Shown here in pieces: positions 26,301 to 39,800 of a stretch of DNA of 64,000 nucleotides. Location: assembly GCA_964016885.1 (NCBI GenBank), contig OZ024744.1:3224001-3288000 (forward strand). The letters run 5' to 3'. A program made the translations under genes and the position numbers. Positions within the stretch are counted from its first letter, which is position 1; each line of letters opens with the position of its first letter. Below the pieces are notes generated by a model that saw nothing but the letters and a program-made list of their open reading frames with translations, was not told the DNA's origin and did not search any database. Source of the DNA: Eledone cirrhosa. Taxonomy: Eukaryota.

Positions 26301-27270
26301 TGGGGGAAGACAAGGTAGAGAAAGATAGCTTGGTGAAGAACGAAGTTTTGGGGGAAATCAAGGTAGAGAATAATAGTTTGGTGAAGAACGAAGTTTTGGG
26401 GGAAGACAAGGTAGAGAAAGATAGCTTGGTAAAGAACGACGTTTTGAGGGAAGACAAGGTAGAGAAAGATAGCTTGGTGAAGAACGAAGTTTTGGGGAAG
26501 ACAATGTAGAGAAAGATAGCTTGGTGAAGAACGAAGTTTTGGGGGAAGACAAGGTAGAGAAAGATAGCTTGGTGAAGAACGAAATTTTGGGAGAAGACAA
26601 GGTAGAGAAAGATAGCTTGGTGAAGAACGAAGTTTTGAGGGAAGACAAGGTAGAGAAAGATAGCTTGGTGAAGAACGAAGTTTTGGGGGAAGACAAGGTA
26701 GAGAAAGATAGCTTGGTGAAGAACGAAGTTTTGGGGGAAGACAAGGTAGAGAAAGATAGCTTGGTGAAGAACGAAGTTTTGGGGGAAGACAAGGTAGAGA
26801 AAGATAGCTTGGTGAAGAACGAAGTTTTGGGAGAAGACAAGGTAGAGAAAGATAGCTTGGTGAAGAACGAAGTTTTGAGGGAAGACAAGGTAGAGAAAGA
26901 TAGCTTGGTGAAGAACGACGTTTTGAGGGAAGACAAGGTAGAGAAAGATAGCTTGGTGAAGAACGACGTTTTGTGGGAAGACAAGGTAGAGAAAGATAGC
27001 TTGGTGAAGAACGAAGTTTTGGGGAAAGACAAGGTAGAGAAAGATAGCTTGGTGAAGAACGAAGTTTTGGGGGAAGACAAGGTAGAGAAAGATAGCTTGG
27101 TGAAGAACGAATTTTGGGGGAATACAAGGTAGAGACAGATAGCTTGGTGAAGAAAGAAGTTTTGGGGAAGACAATGTAGAGAAAGATAGCTTGGTGAAGA
27201 ACGAAGTTTTGGGGGAAGACAAGGTAGAGAAAGATAGCTTGGTGAATAACAAAGTTTTGGGAGAAGACAA
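20370..27270. repeat. Spaced duplication of a ~2.1-kb block at offset 4839 bp (101 monomers): ~20370-22430 and ~25210-27270
   Basis: ORFs 20484/25323, 20963/25802 and 21682/26521 are offset by 4839. Shared markers are AAGAAAGAA, TTTGGGAAAGACAATG and the GAATTTTGGGGG deletion monomer. Confidence 0.85.
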
Positions 27271-28759
27271 GGTCGAGAAAGATAGCTTGGTGAAGAACGA
27301 AATTTTGAGGGAAGACAAGGTAGAGAAAGATAGCTTGGTGAAGAACGACGTTTTGAGGGAAGACAAGATAGAGAAAGATAGCTTGGTGAAGAACGACGTT
27401 TTGTGGGAAGACAAGGTAGAGAAAGATAGCTTGGTGAAGAACGAAGTTTTGGGGGAAGACAAGGTAGAGAAAGATAGCTTGGTGAAGAACGATGTTTTGG
27501 GGAAGACAATGTAGAGAAAGATAGCTTGGTGAAGAACGAAGTTTTGGGGGAAGACAAGGTAGAGAAAGATAGCTTGGTGAAGAACGAAGTTTTGAGGGAA
27601 GACAAGGTATAGAAAGATAGCTTGGTGAATAACGAAGTTTTGGGAGAAGACAAGGTCGAGAAAGATAGCTTGGTGAAGAACGAAGTTTTGAGGGAAGAAA
27701 ATGTAGAGAAAGATAGCTTGGTGAAGAACGAAGTTTTGGGGGAAGACAAGGTAGAGAAAGATAGCTTGGTGAAGAACGAAGTTTTGGGGGAAGACAAGGT
27801 AGAGAAAGATAGCTTGGTGAAGAACGAAGTCTTGGGGGAAGACAAGGTAGAGAAAGATAGCTTGGTGAAGAACGAAGTTTTGGGGGAAATCAAGGTAGAG
27901 AATAATAGTTTGGTGAAGAACGAAGTTTTGGGGGAAGACAAGGTAGAGAAAGATAGCTTGGTGAAGAACGACGTTTTGAGGGAAGACAAGGTAGAGAAAG
28001 ATAGCTTGGTGAAGAACGAAGTTTTGGGGAAGACAATGTAGAGAAAGATAGCTTGGTGAAGAACGAAGTTTTGGGGGAAGACAAGGTAGAGAAAGATAGC
28101 TTGGTGAAGAACGAAGTTTTGGGAGAAGACAAGGTAGAGAAAGATAGCTTGGTGAAGAACGAAGTTTTGAGGGAAGACAAGATAGAGAAAGATAGCTTGG
28201 TGAAGAACGACGTTTTGTGGGAAGACAAGGTAGAGAAAGATAGCTTGGTGAAGAACGAAGTTTTGGGGGAAGACAAGGTAGAGAAAGATAGCTTGGTGAA
28301 GAACGAAGTTTTGGGGGAAGACAAGGTAGAGAAAGATAGCTTGGTGAAGAACGATGTTTTGGGGAAGACAATGTAGAGAAAGATAGCTTGGTAAAGAACG
28401 AAGTTTTGGGGGAAGACAAGGTAGAGAAAGATAGCTTGGTGAAGAACGAAGTTTTGAGGGAAGACAAGGTATAGAAAGATAGCTTGGTGAATAACGAAGT
28501 TTTGGGAGAAGACAAGGTCGAGAAAGATAGCTTGGTGAAGAACGAAGTTTTGAGGGAAGACAATGTAGAGAAAGATAGCTTGGTGAAGAACGAAGTTTTG
28601 GGGGAAGACAAGGTAGAGAAAGATAGCTTGGTGAAGAACGAAGTTTTGGGGGAAGACAAGGTAGAGAAAGATAATTTGGTGAAGAACGAAGTTTTGAGGG
28701 AAGACAAGGTAGAGAAAGATATATTGGTGAAGAACGAAGTTTTGGGGGAAGACAAGGTA

Positions 28760-31700
28760 GAGAAAGATAGCTTGGTGAAGAACGAAGTTTTGAGGGAAGA
28801 CAAGGTAGAGAAAGATAGCTTGGTGAATAACGAAGTTTTGGGAGAAGACAAGGTAGAGAAAGATAGCTTGGTGAAGAACGACGTTTTGAGGGAAGACAAG
28901 GTAGATAAAGATAGCTTGGTGAAGAACGAAGTTTTGGGGAAGACAATGTAGAGAAAGATAGCTTGGTGAAGAACGAAGTTTTGGGGGAAGACAAGGTAGA
29001 GAAAGATAGCTTGGTGAAGAACGAAGTTTTGGGGGAAGACAAGGTAGAGAAAGATAGCTTGGTGAAGAACGAAGTTTTGGGGGAAGACAAGGTAGAGAAA
29101 GATAGCTTGGTGAAGAACGAAGTTTTGGGGGAAGACAAGGTAGAGAAAGATAGCTTGGTGAAGAAAGAAGTTTTGAGGGAAGGCAAGGGAGAGAAAGATA
29201 GCTTGGTGAATAACAAAGTTTTGGGAGAAGACAAGGTCGAGAAAGATAGCTTGGTGAAGAACGACGTTTTGAGGGAAGACAAGGTAGAGAAAGATAGCTT
29301 GGTGAATAACAAAGTTTTGGGAGAAGACAAGGTCGAGAAAGATAGCTTGGTGAAGAACGAAATTTTGAGGGAAGACAAGGTAGAGAAAGATAGCTTGGTG
29401 AAGAACGACGTTTTGAGGGAAGACAAGATAGAGAAAGATAGCTTGGTGAAGAACGACGTTTTGTGGGAAGACAAGGTAGAGAAAGATAGCTTGGTGAAGA
29501 ACGAAGTTTTGGGGGAAGACAAGGTAGAGAAAGATAGCTTGGTGAAGAACGATGTTTTGGGGAAGACAATGTAGAGAAAGATAGCTTGGTGAAGAACGAA
29601 GTTTTGGGGGAAGACAAGGTAGAGAAAGATAGCTTGGTGAAGAACGAAGTTTTGAGGGAAGACAAGGTATAGAAAGATAGCTTGGTGAATAACGAAGTTT
29701 TGGGAGAAGACAAGGTCGAGAAAGATAGCTTGGTGAAGAACGAAGTTTTGAGGGAAGACAATGTAGAGAAAGATAGCTTGGTGAAGAACGAAGTTTTGGG
29801 GGAAGACAAGGTAGAGAAAGATAGCTTGGTGAAGAACGAAGTTTTGGGGGAAGACAAGGTAGAGAAAGATAGCTTGGTGAAGAACGAAGTTTTGGGGGAA
29901 GACAAGGTAGAGAAAGATAGCTTGGTGAAGAACGAAGTTTTGGGGGAAATCAAGGTAGAGAATAATAGTTTGGTGAAGAACGAAGTTTTGGGGGAAGACA
30001 AGGTAGAGAAAGATAGCTTGGTGAAGAACGACGTTTTGAGGGAAGACAAGGTAGAGAAAGATAGCTTGGTGAAGAACGAAGTTTTGGGGGAAGACAAGGT
30101 AGAGAAAGATAGCTTGGTGAAGAACGAAGTTTTGGGAGAAGACAAGGTAGAGAAAGATAGCTTGGTGAAGAACGAAGTTTTGTGGGAAGACAAGGTAGAG
30201 AAAGATAGCTTGGTGAAGAACGACGTTTTGAGGGAAGACAAGGTAGAGAAAGATAGCTTGGTGAAGAACGACGTTCTGTGGGAAGACAAGGTAGAGAAAG
30301 ATAGCTTGGTGAAGAACGAAGTTTTGGGGAAAGACAAGGTAGAGAAAGATAGCTTGGTGAAGAACGAAGTTTTGGGGGAAGACAAGGTAGAGAAAGATAG
30401 CTTGGTGAAGAACGAAGTTTTGGGGGAAGACAAGGTAGAGAAAGATAGCTTGGTGAAGAACGAAGTTTTGGGGAAGACAATGTAGAGAAAGATAGCTTGG
30501 TGAAGAACGAAGTTTTGGGGGAAGACAAGGTAGAGAAAGATAGCTTGGTGAATAACAAAGTTTTGGGAGAAGACAAGGTCGAGAAAGATAGCTTGGTGAA
30601 GAACGAAATTTTGAGGGAAGACAAGGTAGAGAAAGATAGCTTGGTGAAGAACGACGTTTTGAGGGAAGACAAGATAGAGAAAGATAGCTTGGTGAAGAAC
30701 GACGTTTTGTGGGAAGACAAGGTAGAGAAAGATAGCTTGGTGAAGAACGAAGTTTTGGGGGAAGACAAGGTAGAGAAAGATAGCTTGGTGAAGAACGAAG
30801 TTTTGGGGGAAGACAAGGTAGAGGAAGATAGCTTGGTGAAGAACGATGTTTTGGGGAAGACAATGTAGAGAAAGATAGCTTGGTAAAGAACGAAGTTTTG
30901 GGGGAAGACAAGGTAGAGAAAGATAGCTTGGTGAAGAAAGAAGTTTTGAGGGAAGACAAGGTATAGAAAGATAGCTTGGTGAATAACGAAGTTTTGGGAG
31001 AAGACAAGGTCGAGAAAGATAGCTTGGTGAAGAACGAAGTTTTGAGGGAAGACAATGTAGAGAAAGATAGCTTGGTGAAGAACGAAGTTTTGGGGGAAGA
31101 CAAGGTAGAGAAAGATAGCTTGGTGAAGAACGAAGTTTTGGGGGAAGACAAGGTAGAGAAAGATAGCTTGGTGAAGAACGAAGTTTTGAGGGAAGACAAG
31201 GTAGAGAAAGATATATTGGTGAAGAACGAAGTTTTGGGGGAAGACAAGGTAGAGAAAGATAGCTTGGTGAAGAACGAAGTTTTGAGGGAAGACAAGGTAG
31301 AGAAAGATAGCTTGGTGAATAACGAAGTTTTGGGAGAAGACAAGGTAGAGAAAGATAGCTTGGTGAAGAACGACGTTTTGAGGGAAGACAAGGTAGAGAA
31401 AGATAGCTTGGTGAAGAACGAAGTTTTGGGAAAGACAATGTAGAGAAAGATAGCTTGGTGAAGAACGAAGTTTTGGGGGAAGACAAGGTAGAGAAAGATA
31501 GCTTGGTGAAGAACGGAGTTTTGGGGGAAGACAAGGTAGAGAAAGATAGCTTGGTGAAGAACGAAGTTTTGGGGGAAGACAAGGTAGAGAAAGATAGCTT
31601 GGTGAAGAACGAAGTTTTGAGGGAAGGCAAGGGAGAGAAAGATAGCTTGGTGAATAACAAAGTTTTGGGAGAAGACAAGGTCGAGAAAGATAGCTTGGTG

Positions 31701-34700
31701 AAGAACGAAGTTTTGAGGGTAGACAAGGTAGAGAAAGATAGCTTGGTGAAGAACGACGTTTTGAGGGAAGACAAGATAGAGAAAGATAGCTTGGTGAAGA
31801 ACGACGTTTTGTGGGAAGACAAGGTAGAGAAAGATAGCTTGGTGAAGAACGAAGTTTTGTGGGAAGACAAGGTAGAGAAAGATAGCTTGGTGAAGAACGA
31901 AGTTTTGGGGGAAGACAAGGTAGAGAAAGATAGCTTGGTGAAGAACGAAGTTTTGGGGGAAGACAAGGTAGAGAAAGATAGCTTGGTGAAGAACGAAGTT
32001 TTGGGGGAAATCAAGGTAGAGAATAATAGTTTGGTGAAGAACGTAGTTTTGGGGGAAGACAAGGTAGAGAAAGATAGCTTGGTAAAGAACGACGTTTTGA
32101 GGGAAGACAAGGTAGAGAAAGATAGCTTGGTGAAGAACGAAGTTTTGGGGAAGACAATGTAGAGAAAAATAGCTTGGTGAAGAACGAAGTTTTGGGGGAA
32201 GACAAGGTAGAGAAAGATAGCTTGGTGAAGAACGAAGTTTTGGGAGAAGACAAGGTAGAGAAAGATAGCTTGGTGAAGAACGAAGTTTTGAGGGAAGACA
32301 AGGTAGAGAAAGATAGCTTGGTGAAGAACGAAGTTTTGAGGGAAGACAAGGTAGAGAAAGATAGCTTGGTGAATAACGAAGTTTTGGGAGAAGACAAGGT
32401 AGAGAAAGATAGCTTGGTGAAGAACGACGTTTTGAGGGAAGACAAGGTAGATAAAGATAGCTTGGTGAAGAACGAAGTTTTGGGGAAGACAATGTAGAGA
32501 AAGATAGCTTGGTGAAGAACGAAGTTTTGGGGGAAGACAAGGTAGAGAAAGATAGCTTGGTGAAGAACGAAGTTTTGGGGGAAGACAAGGTAGAGAAAGA
32601 TAGCTTGGTGAAGAACGAAGTTTTGGGGGAAGACAAGGTAGAGAAAGATAGCTTGGTGAAGAACGAAGTTTTGGGGGAAGACAAGGTAGAGAAAGATAGC
32701 TTGGTGAAGAACGAAGTTTTGAGGGAAGGCAAGGGAGAGAAAGATAGCTTGGTGAATAACAAAGTTTTGGGAGAAGACAAGGTCGAGAAAGATAGCTTGG
32801 TGAAGAACGACGTTTTGAGGGAAGACAAGGTAGAGAAAGATAGCTTGGTGAATAACAAAGTTTTGGGAGAAGACAAGGTCGAGAAAGATAGCTTGGTGAA
32901 GAACGAAATTTTGAGGGAAGACAAGGTAGAGAAAGATAGCTTGGTGAAGAACGACGTTTTGAGGGAAGACAAGATAGAGAAAGATAGCTTGGTGAAGAAC
33001 GACGTTTTGTGGGAAGACAAGGTAGAGAAAGATAGCTTGGTGAAGAACGAAGTTTTGGGGGAAGACAAGGTAGAGAAAGATAGCTTGGTGAAGAACGATG
33101 TTTTGGGGAAGACAATGTAGAGAAAGATAGCTTGGTGAAGAACGAAGTTTTGGGGGAAGACAAGGTAGAGAAAGATAGCTTGGTGAAGAACGAAGTTTTG
33201 AGGGAAGACAAGGTATAGAAAGATAGCTTGGTGAATAACGAAGTTTTGGGAGAAGACAAGGTCGAGAAAGATAGCTTGGTGAAGAACGAAGTTTTGAGGG
33301 AAGACAATGTAGAGAAAGATAGCTTGGTGAAGAACGAAGTTTTGGGGGAAGACAAGGTAGAGAAAGATAGCTTGGTGAAGAACGAAGTTTTGGGGGAAGA
33401 CAAGGTAGAGAAAGATAGCTTGGTGAAGAACGAAGTTTTGGGGGAAGACAAGGTAGAGAAAGATAGCTTGGTGAAGAACGAAGTTTTGGGGGAAATCAAG
33501 GTAGAGAATAATAGTTTGGTGAAGAACGAAGTTTTGGGGGAAGACAAGGTAGAGAAAGATAGCTTGGTGAAGAACGACGTTTTGAGGGAAGACAAGGTAG
33601 AGAAAGATAGCTTGGTGAAGAACGAAGTTTTGGGGGAAGACAAGGTAGAGAAAGATAGCTTGGTGAAGAACGAAGTTTTGGGAGAAGACAAGGTAGAGAA
33701 AGATAGCTTGGTGAAGAACGAAGTTTTGAGGGAAGACAAGGTAGAGAAAGATAGCTTGGTGAAGAACGACGTTTTGAGGGAAGACAAGGTAGAGAAAGAT
33801 AGCTTGGTGAAGAACGACGTTTTGTGGGAAGACAAGGTAGAGAAAGATAGCTTGGTGAAGAACGAAGTTTTGGGGAAAGACAAGGTAGAGAAAGATAGCT
33901 TGGTGAAGAACGAAGTTTTGGGGGAAGACAAGGTAGAGAAAGATAGCTTGGTGAAGAACGAAGTTTTGGGGGAAGACAAGGTAGAGAAAGATAGCTTGGT
34001 GAAGAACGAAGTTTTGGGGAAGACAATGTAGAGAAAGATAGCTTGGTGAAGAACGAAGTTTTGGGGGAAGACAAGGTAGAGAAAGATAGCTTGGTGAATA
34101 ACAAAGTTTTGGGAGAAGACAAGGTCGAGAAAGATAGCTTGGTGAAGAACGAAATGTTGAGGGAAGACAAGGTAGAGAAAGATAGCTTGGTGAAGAACGA
34201 CGTTTTGAGGGAAGACAAGATAGAGAAAGATAGCTTGGTGAAGAACGACGTTTTGTGGGAAGACAAGGTAGAGAAAGATAGCTTGGTGAAGAACGAAGTT
34301 TTGGGGGAAGACAAGGTAGAGAAAGATAGCTTGGTGAAGAACGAAGTTTTGGGGGAAGACAAGGTAGAGAAAGATAGCTTGGTGAAGAACGATGTTTTGG
34401 GGAAGACAATGTAGAGAAAGATAGCTTGGTAAAGAACGAAGTTTTGGGGGAAGACAAGGTAGAGAAAGATAGCTTGGTGAAGAAAGAAGTTTTGAGGGAA
34501 GACAAGGTATAGAAAGATAGCTTGGTGAATAACGAAGTTTTGGGAGAAGACAAGGTCGAGAAAGATAGCTTGGTGAAGAACGAAGTTTTGAGGGAAGACA
34601 ATGTAGAGAAAGATAGCTTGGTGAAGTACGAGGTTTTGGGGGAAGACAAGGTAGAGAAAGATAGCTTGGTGAAGAACGAAGTTTTGGGGGAAGACAAGGT

Positions 34701-35860
34701 AGAGAAAGATAGCTTGGTGAAGAACGAAGTTTTGAGGGAAGACAAGGTAGAGAAAGATATATTGGTGAAGAACGAAGTTTTGGGGGAAGACAAGGTAGAG
34801 AAAGATAGCTTGGTGAAGAACGAAGTTTTGAGGGAAGACAAGGTAGAGAAAGATAGCTTGGTGAATAACGAAGTTTTGGGAGAAGACAAGGTAGAGAAAG
34901 ATAGCTTGGTGAAGAACGACGTTTTGAGGGAAGACAAGGTAGAGAAAGATAGCTTGGTGAAGAACGAAGTTTTGGGAAAGACAATGTAGAGAAAGATAGC
35001 TTGGTGAAGAACGAAGTTTTGGGGGAAGACAAGGTAGAGAAAGATAGCTTGGTGAAGAACGGAGTTTTGGGGGAAGACAAGGTAGAGAAAGATAGCTTGG
35101 TGAAGAACGAAGTTTTGGGGGAAGACAAGGTAGAGAAAGATAGCTTGGTGAAGAACGAAGTTTTGAGGGAAGGCAAGGGAGAGAAAGATAGCTTGGTGAA
35201 TAACAAAGTTTTGGGAGAAGACAAGGTCGAGAAAGATAGCTTGGTGAAGAACGAAGTTTTGAGGGTAGACAAGGTAGAGAAAGATAGCTTGGTGAAGAAC
35301 GACGTTTTGAGGGAAGACAAGATAGAGAAAGATAGCTTGGTGAAGAACGACGTTTTGTGGGAAGACAAGGTAGAGAAAGATAGCTTGGTGAAGAACGAAG
35401 TTTTGTGGGAAGACAAGGTAGAGAAAGATAGCTTGGTGAAGAACGAAGTTTTGGGGGAAGACAAGGTAGAGAAAGATAGCTTGGTGAAGAACGAAGTTTT
35501 GGGGGAAGACAAGGTAGAGAAAGATAGCTTGGTGAAGAACGAAGTTTTGGGGGAAATCAAGGTAGAGAATAATAGTTTGGTGAAGAACGAAGTTTTGGGG
35601 GAAGACAAGGTAGAGAAAGATAGCTTGGTAAAGAACGACGTTTTGAGGGAAGACAAGGTAGAGAAAGATAGCTTGGTGAAGAACGAAGTTTTGGGGAAGA
35701 CAATGTAGAGAAAAATAGCTTGGTGAAGAACGAAGTTTTGGGGGAAGACAAGGTAGAGAAAGATAGCTTGGTGAAGAACGAAGTTTTGGGAGAAGACAAG
35801 GTAGAGAAAGATAGCTTGGTGAAGAACGAAGTTTTGAGGGAAGACAAGGTAGAGAAAGAT
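28760..35860. repeat. Higher-order tandem duplication, period 3546 bp (74 monomers), two copies
   Basis: ORFs 28963/32509, 29682/33228, 30497/34043, 30976/34522 and 31455/35001 are all offset by 3546. Rare markers AACGGAGTT (~31512/~35058) and GAGAAAAATAGC (~32162/~35708) are shared. Confidence 0.92.
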
Positions 35861-36859
35861 AGCTTGGTGAAGAACGAAGTTTTGGGGGAAGACAAGGTAG
35901 AGAAAGATAGCTTGGTGAAGAACGAAGTTTTGGGGGAAGACAAGGTAGAGAAAGATAGCTTGGTGAAGAACGAAGTTTTGGGGGAAGACAAGGTAGAGAA
36001 AGATAGCTTGGTGAAGAACGAAATTTTGGGAGAAGACAAGGTAGAGAAAGATAGCTTGGTGAAGAACGAAGTTTTGAGGGAAGACAAGGTAGAGAAAGAT
36101 AGCTTGGTGAAGAACGACGTTTTGAGGGAAGACAAGGTAGAGAAAGATAGCTTGGTGAAGAACGACGTTTTGTGGGAAGACAAGGTAGAGAAAGATAGCT
36201 TGGTGAAGAACGAAGTTTTGGGGAAAGACAAGGTAGAGAAAGATAGCTTGGTGAAGAACGAAGTTTTGGGGGAAGACAAGGTAGAGAAAGATAGCTTGGT
36301 GAAGAACGAATTTTGGGGGAAGACAAGGTAGAGACAGATAGCTTGGTGAAGAACGAAGTTTTGGGGAAGACAATGTAGAGAAAGATAGCTTGGTGAAGAA
36401 CGAAGTTTTGGGGGAAGACAAGGTAGAGAAAGATAGCTTGGTGAATAACAAAGTTTTGGGAGAAGACAAGGTCGAGAAAGATAGCTTGGTGAAGAACGAA
36501 ATTTTGAGGGAAGACAAGGTAGAGAAAGATAGCTTGGTGAAGAACGACGTTTTGAGGGAAGACAAGATAGAGAAAGATAGCTTGGTGAAGAACGACGTTT
36601 TGTGGGAAGACAAGGTAGAGAAAGATAGCTTGGTGAAGAACGAAGTTTTGGGGGAAGACAAGGTAGAGAAAGATAGCTTGGTGAAGAACGAAGTTTTGGG
36701 GGAAGACAAGGTAGAGAAAGATAGCTTGGTGAAGAACGAAGTTTTGGGGGAAGACAAGGTCGAGAAAGATAGCTTGGTGAAGAACGAAATTTTGAGGGAA
36801 GACAAGGTAGAGAAAGATAGCTTGGTGAAGAACGACGTTTTGAGGGAAGACAAGGTAGA

Positions 36860-39800
36860 GAAAGATAGCTTGGTGAAGAACGAAGTTTTGGGGGAAGACA
36901 AGGTAGAGAAAGATAGCTTGGTGAAGAACGAAGTTTTGGGGGAAGACAAGGTAGAGAAAGATAGCTTGGTGAAGAACGAAGTTTTGAGGGAAGGCAAGGG
37001 AGAGAAAGATAGCTTAGTGAATAACAAAGTTTTGGGAGAAGACAAGGTCGAGAAAGATAGCTTGGTGAAGAACGAAGTTTTGAGGGTAGACAAGGTAGGG
37101 AAAGATAGCTTGGTGAAGAACGACGTTTTGAGGGAAGACAAGATAGAGAAAGATAGCTTGGTGAAGAACGACGTTTTGTGGGAAGACAAGGTAGAGAAAG
37201 ATAGCTTGGTGAAGAACGAAGTTTTGTGGGAAGACAAGGTAGAGAAAGATAGCTTGGTGAAGAACGAAGTTTTGGGGGAAGACAAGGTAGAGAAAGATAG
37301 CTTGGTGAAGAACGAAGTTTTGGGGGAAGACAAGGTAGAGAAAGATAGCTTGGTGAAGAACGAAGTTTTGGGGGAAATCAAGGTAGAGAATAATAGTTTG
37401 GTGAAGAACGAAGTTTTGGGGGAAGACAAGGTAGAGAAAGATAGCTTGGTAAAGAACGACGTTTTGAGGGAAGACAAGGTAGAGAAAGATAGCTTGGTGA
37501 AGAACGAAGTTTTGGGGAAGACAATGTAGAGAAAGATAGCTTGGTGAAGAACGAAGTTTTGGGGGAAGACAAGGTAGAGAAAGATAGCTTGGTGAAGAAC
37601 GAAGTTTTGGGAGAAGACAAGGTAGAGAAAGATAGCTTGGTGAAGAACGAAGTTTTGAGGGAAGACAAGGTAGAGAAAGATAGCTTGGTGAAGAACGAAG
37701 TTTTGGGGGAAGACAAGGTAGAGAAAGATAGCTTGGTGAAGAACGAAGTTTTGGGGGAAGACAAGGTAGAGAAAGATAGCTTGGTGAAGAACGAAGTTTT
37801 GGGGGAAGACAAGGTAGAGAAAGATAGCTTGGTGAAGAACGAAGTTTTGGGAGAAGACAAGGTAGAGAAAGATAGCTTGGTGAAGAACGAAGTTTTGAGG
37901 GAAGACAAGGTAGAGAAAGATAGCTTGGTGAAGAACGACGTTTTGAGGGAAGACAAGGTAGAGAAAGATAGCTTGGTGAAGAACGACGTTTTGTGGGAAG
38001 ACAAGGTAGAGAAAGATAGCTTGGTGAAGAACGAAGTTTTGGGGAAAGACAAGGTAGAGAAAGATAGCTTGGTGAAGAACGAAGTTTTGGGGGAAGACAA
38101 GGTAGAGAAAGATAGCTTGGTGAAGAACGAATTTTGGGGGAAGACAAGGTAGAGACAGATAGCTTGGTGAAGAACGAAGTTTTGGGGAAGACAATGTAGA
38201 GAAAGATAGCTTGGTGAAGAACGAAGTTTTGGGGGAAGACAAGGTAGAGAAAGATAGCTTGGTGAATAACAAAGTTTTGGGAGAAGACAAGGTCGAGAAA
38301 GATAGCTTGGTGAAGAACGAAATTTTGAGGGAAGACAAGGTAGAGAAAGATAGCTTGGTGAAGAACGACGTTTTGAGGGAAGACAAGATAGAGAAAGATA
38401 GCTTGGTGAAGAACGACGTTTTGTGGGAAGACAAGGTAGAGAAAGATAGCTTGGTGAAGAACGAAGTTTTGGGGGAAGACAAGGTAGAGAAAGATAGCTT
38501 GGTGAAGAACGATGTTTTGGGGAAGACAATGTAGAGAAAGATAGCTTGGTGAAGAACGAAGTTTTGGGGGAAGACAAGGTAGAGAAAGATAGCTTGGTGA
38601 AGAACGAAGTTTTGAGGGAAGACAAGGTATAGAAAGATAGCTTGGTGAATAACGAAGTTTTGGGAGAAGACAAGGTCGAGAAAGATAGCTTGGTGAAGAA
38701 CGAAGTTTTGAGGGAAGACAATGTAGAGAAAGATAGCTTGGTGAAGAACGAAGTTTTGGGGGAAGACAAGGTAGAGAAAGATAGCTTGGTGAAGAACGAA
38801 GTTTTGGGGGAAGACAAGGTAGAGAAAGATAGCTTGGTGAAGAACGAAGTTTTGGGGGAAGACAAGGTAGAGAAAGATAGCTTGGTGAAGAACGAAGTTT
38901 TGGGGGAAATCAAGGTAGAGAATAATAGTTTGGTGAAGAACGAAGTTTTGGGGGAAGACAAGGTAGAGAAAGATAGCTTGGTGAAGAACGACGTTTTGAG
39001 GGAAGACAAGGTAGAGAAAGATAGCTTGGTGAAGAACGAAGTTTTGGGGAAGACAATGTAGAGAAAGATAGCTTGGTGAAGAACGAAGTTTTGGGGGAAG
39101 ACAAGGTAGAGAAAGATAGCTTGGTGAAGAACGAAGTTTTGGGAGAAGACAAGGTAGAGAAAGATAGCTTGGTGAAGAACGAAGTTTTGAGGGAAGACAA
39201 GATAGAGAAAGATAGCTTGGTGAAGAACGACGTTTTGTGGGAAGACAAGGTAGAGAAAGATAGCTTGGTGAAGAACGAAGTTTTGGGGGAAGACAAGGTA
39301 GAGAAAGATAGCTTGGTGAAGAACGAAGTTTTGGGGGAAGACAAGGTAGAGAAAGATAGCTTGGTGAAGAACGATGTTTTGGGGAAGACAATGTAGAGAA
39401 AGATAGCTTGGTAAAGAACGAAGTTTTGGGGGAAGACAAGGTAGAGAAAGATAGCTTGGTGAAGAACGAAGTTTTGAGGGAAGACAAGGTATAGAAAGAT
39501 AGCTTGGTGAATAACGAAGATTTGGGAGAAGACAAGGTCGAGAAAGATAGCTTGGTGAAGAACGAAGTTTTGAGGGAAGACAATGTAGAGAAAGATAGCT
39601 TGGTGAAGAACGAAGTTTTGGGGGAAGACAAGGTAGAAAAAGATAGCTTGGTGAAGAACGAAGTTTTGGGGGAAGACAAGGTAGAGAAAGATAGCTTGGT
39701 GAAGAACGAAGTTTTGAGGGAAGACAAGGTAGAGAAAGATATATTGGTGAAGAACGAAGTTTTGGGGGAAGACAAGGTAGAGAAAGATAGCTTGGTGAAG